Part shown: in pieces, positions 62,063 to 64,000 of the stretch
Position numbering within the stretch: the first letter of the stretch is position 1
How the letters are laid out: every line of letters begins with the position of its first letter
Source of the DNA: Amoebidium appalachense
Lineage: Eukaryota; Protista; Ichthyosporea
DNA length: 64,000 nt
Direction of reading: 5' to 3'
Assembly: GCA_963693365.1 (NCBI GenBank)
Contig: CAVNZM010000002.1
Coordinates: forward strand, 7,656,454 to 7,720,453
The notes under the pieces: model-generated
Database searches by the model: none
What the model was told of the DNA's origin: nothing
What the model saw: the letters and a program-made list of their open reading frames with translations, nothing else
Made by a program: the position numbers and the translations under genes

Positions 62063-62897
62063 GGGGGGGAGTGATCGGGGGGGGTAGGGGGGGAGGGGGG
62101 GGGGGGCGGGGGGGGGGAAACGCAGAGGGGGGTAGGGGGCGTTAAAGAAAGCATACCATCCAGGATGTTAAGGTTGTATCTGTTGTAGAGGCACGGCCCA
62201 CATGTATATGTGCCGTAGGGGTGGTAGCCACCACCCAGTGAGCAGCATCCTTTAAGATCCACAGTCTTCTGACGGCACCAGTGGCAGGACGTGCCGTAGG
62301 GGTCTGACCCGGCCATGTCTTTACTGTGCGTCTTGCTGTGGATAACCTCTACACCCTGTGTTTAAAATTTCAAATTAAAAATAATGTAAAAAGGAGGTTT
62401 AGGGTTGGGGGGGGGGGGGGGGGGGGGGTTAAGTTGGATTATAGGGTTGGTTGTAGAAAATGTATTTACTGTGTGTCTTGCTGTGCATACCCTACACACC
62501 CTGCATTAAAAATTAGAAATTAATGTTAAAAAAAAGTTTCCGGTTTTACTTTGGGTGGTTTTTGATTGAACATTTAGGTTTTGGGTTCTTAAAAACAATA
62601 ATTAGGGTTGTTGTTGAAAAACTTGTGACATTAAAGTGTAAGGGACACGGTAAGGTTAGCATTTGAATCGATGGGTGTTAAAACACATGCGATATGTGCA
62701 ACAGGAAAAGACACGTTACGGCTCACACGCACATGGTATAGACACTGTCATGCAGGTAGACGCACGTGAATGGCACGTGAGAGTACCATTGCCCATGCAT
62801 CCCGGTGTGCCCCCCCCCCCCCCCCCCCCCCCTTTCACCCATACACACAACCATACCCCCCCACACACAAATACACAGACGTGCGTGCGCGCGCGCG

Positions 62898-62972
<75 letters not shown>

Positions 62973-63342
62973 CCCCCAAACGCACCTTCGCACACACATC
63001 CCCCCCCCCCCCCCCCCTTCCCCCCCAACCACCCACACACACATCCCCCCTCACTCCCCCCCCCCCCGCCACCCATCCACCCACCCACCCACCCACACCC
63101 CCCCCCCCCCCCCCCCCCCCCCTCCCCCCCCCCTCCCCCCCCCCCCCAAACACACACACGTACCTCCGGTGCCTCTAGTGCCCTGTGCATGGCCGGTGTA
63201 GCTGCCATCTTCTCATACTTTGCTCTGAGCTCATCCGAAATATCATCCACTTCCTCCTTGCTTGCACGTGATTTCGTGCCCTCGTGACTGGCTTTGAAAC
63301 GCCTGTTCCCGCGCTTACGGATAGAATGCTCAGTTTCGAACA
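59975..63342 (-). CDS. CDCA7: CDCA7-like zf-4CXXC_R1 protein, 5'-partial; exons 63342-63164, 62355-62157, 61749-61682, 60723-60617, 60092-59975
   Basis: GTSCHWCRQKTVDLKGCCSLGGGYHPYGTYTCGPCLYNRYNLNILD|VIKDPTWVCPPCLGQCNCSNCLT|AIKQAPTKQMASLAAEEGLTVNQYL is a zf-4CXXC_R1 domain plus the typical C-terminal helix. Introns are phase-compatible. The domain call is firm, orthology less so. Confidence 0.8.
61490..61644 (-). mobile_element. Truncated subfamily-B copy in a CDCA7-like intron
   Basis: Nearly identical to 53219-53373 and bounded by G-runs on both sides. Confidence 0.88.
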
Positions 63343-63416
63343 CTGGTTTGTGTTGATGTGAGCGAGCGAGCGAGCGAGCGAGAGCGAGAGCGAGAGAGCG
63401 AGAGCGAGAGAGCGAG

Positions 63417-63572
<156 letters not shown>

Positions 63573-64000
63573 TGTATGTGAGCGTATGCACGTGTGTGTG
63601 TGTGTGTGAACGAGTGTGGAAGGTGTGAGGGAGAGGTGTGGAACAGGGGAAAAGGGGAAGGGCAACGAAAAGGATGGGTTAGGATGTGACAATGTGGTGC
63701 ATGGTACGAAGTACAAGATGATATTGGAACGCATAATAAGGGTGTCCAGAGATGGACACAAATAGAAATACATCATTAAAAACATCTAATGATTGGCACA
63801 CAACGGTGCCTTGTGCAAAGGGTCTGTGTCCAATTTCGTTTGCTGATCTGGTTGGACGGGCTGTGGTGGTCAACGCTTGTGTGCATGTGTGGTGTGTGTG
63901 TGTGCGTGCATGCGTGCGCGCGCGTGTGTGTCTGTGTGTGTGTTTGTGGTAACGGTGATCGGTGGTAACGGTGGTGATGATGCGGGCAAGGGGTCGGGGG

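Overview
Eukaryotic nuclear DNA with GT-AG spliced genes. The introns are full of poly-C/poly-G, (CA)n/(TG)n and (GA)n/(CT)n tracts, so most ORFs in the supplied track are microsatellite read-throughs. The organism cannot be identified from the window. Phase-consistent hand splicing gives seven loci: (1) the 3' end of UDP-glucuronate decarboxylase UXS1 (+); (2) a frameshifted, 5'-incomplete DUF3684/sacsin-like C-terminal fragment whose HExxH reads HQxxH (-); (3) a MATE transporter (-); (4) an 11-exon CSKMT/METTL12-like methyltransferase (-); (5) a single-finger GATA factor (-); (6) an acidic W-x-D-F/coiled-coil protein (-); (7) the 3' part of a CDCA7-like zf-4CXXC_R1 gene (-). Five non-autonomous DNA transposons have visible TIRs and TSDs (2 PIF/Harbinger-type, 1 Tc1/mariner-type, 2 hAT-type). 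The most interesting signal is a dispersed non-coding repeat family of roughly 18 copies or fragments. Nearly all share one end, ...CATTC(A/T/C)AA, abutting a poly-C tract, and are variably truncated at the other end. The family keeps a multi-hairpin fold with compensatory base changes. It co-occurs with a decayed Penelope-like reverse transcriptase fragment, and one copy appears to have carried about 1.6 kb of unspliced flank into a neighbouring gene's intron. All calls are by eye, with no searches run.
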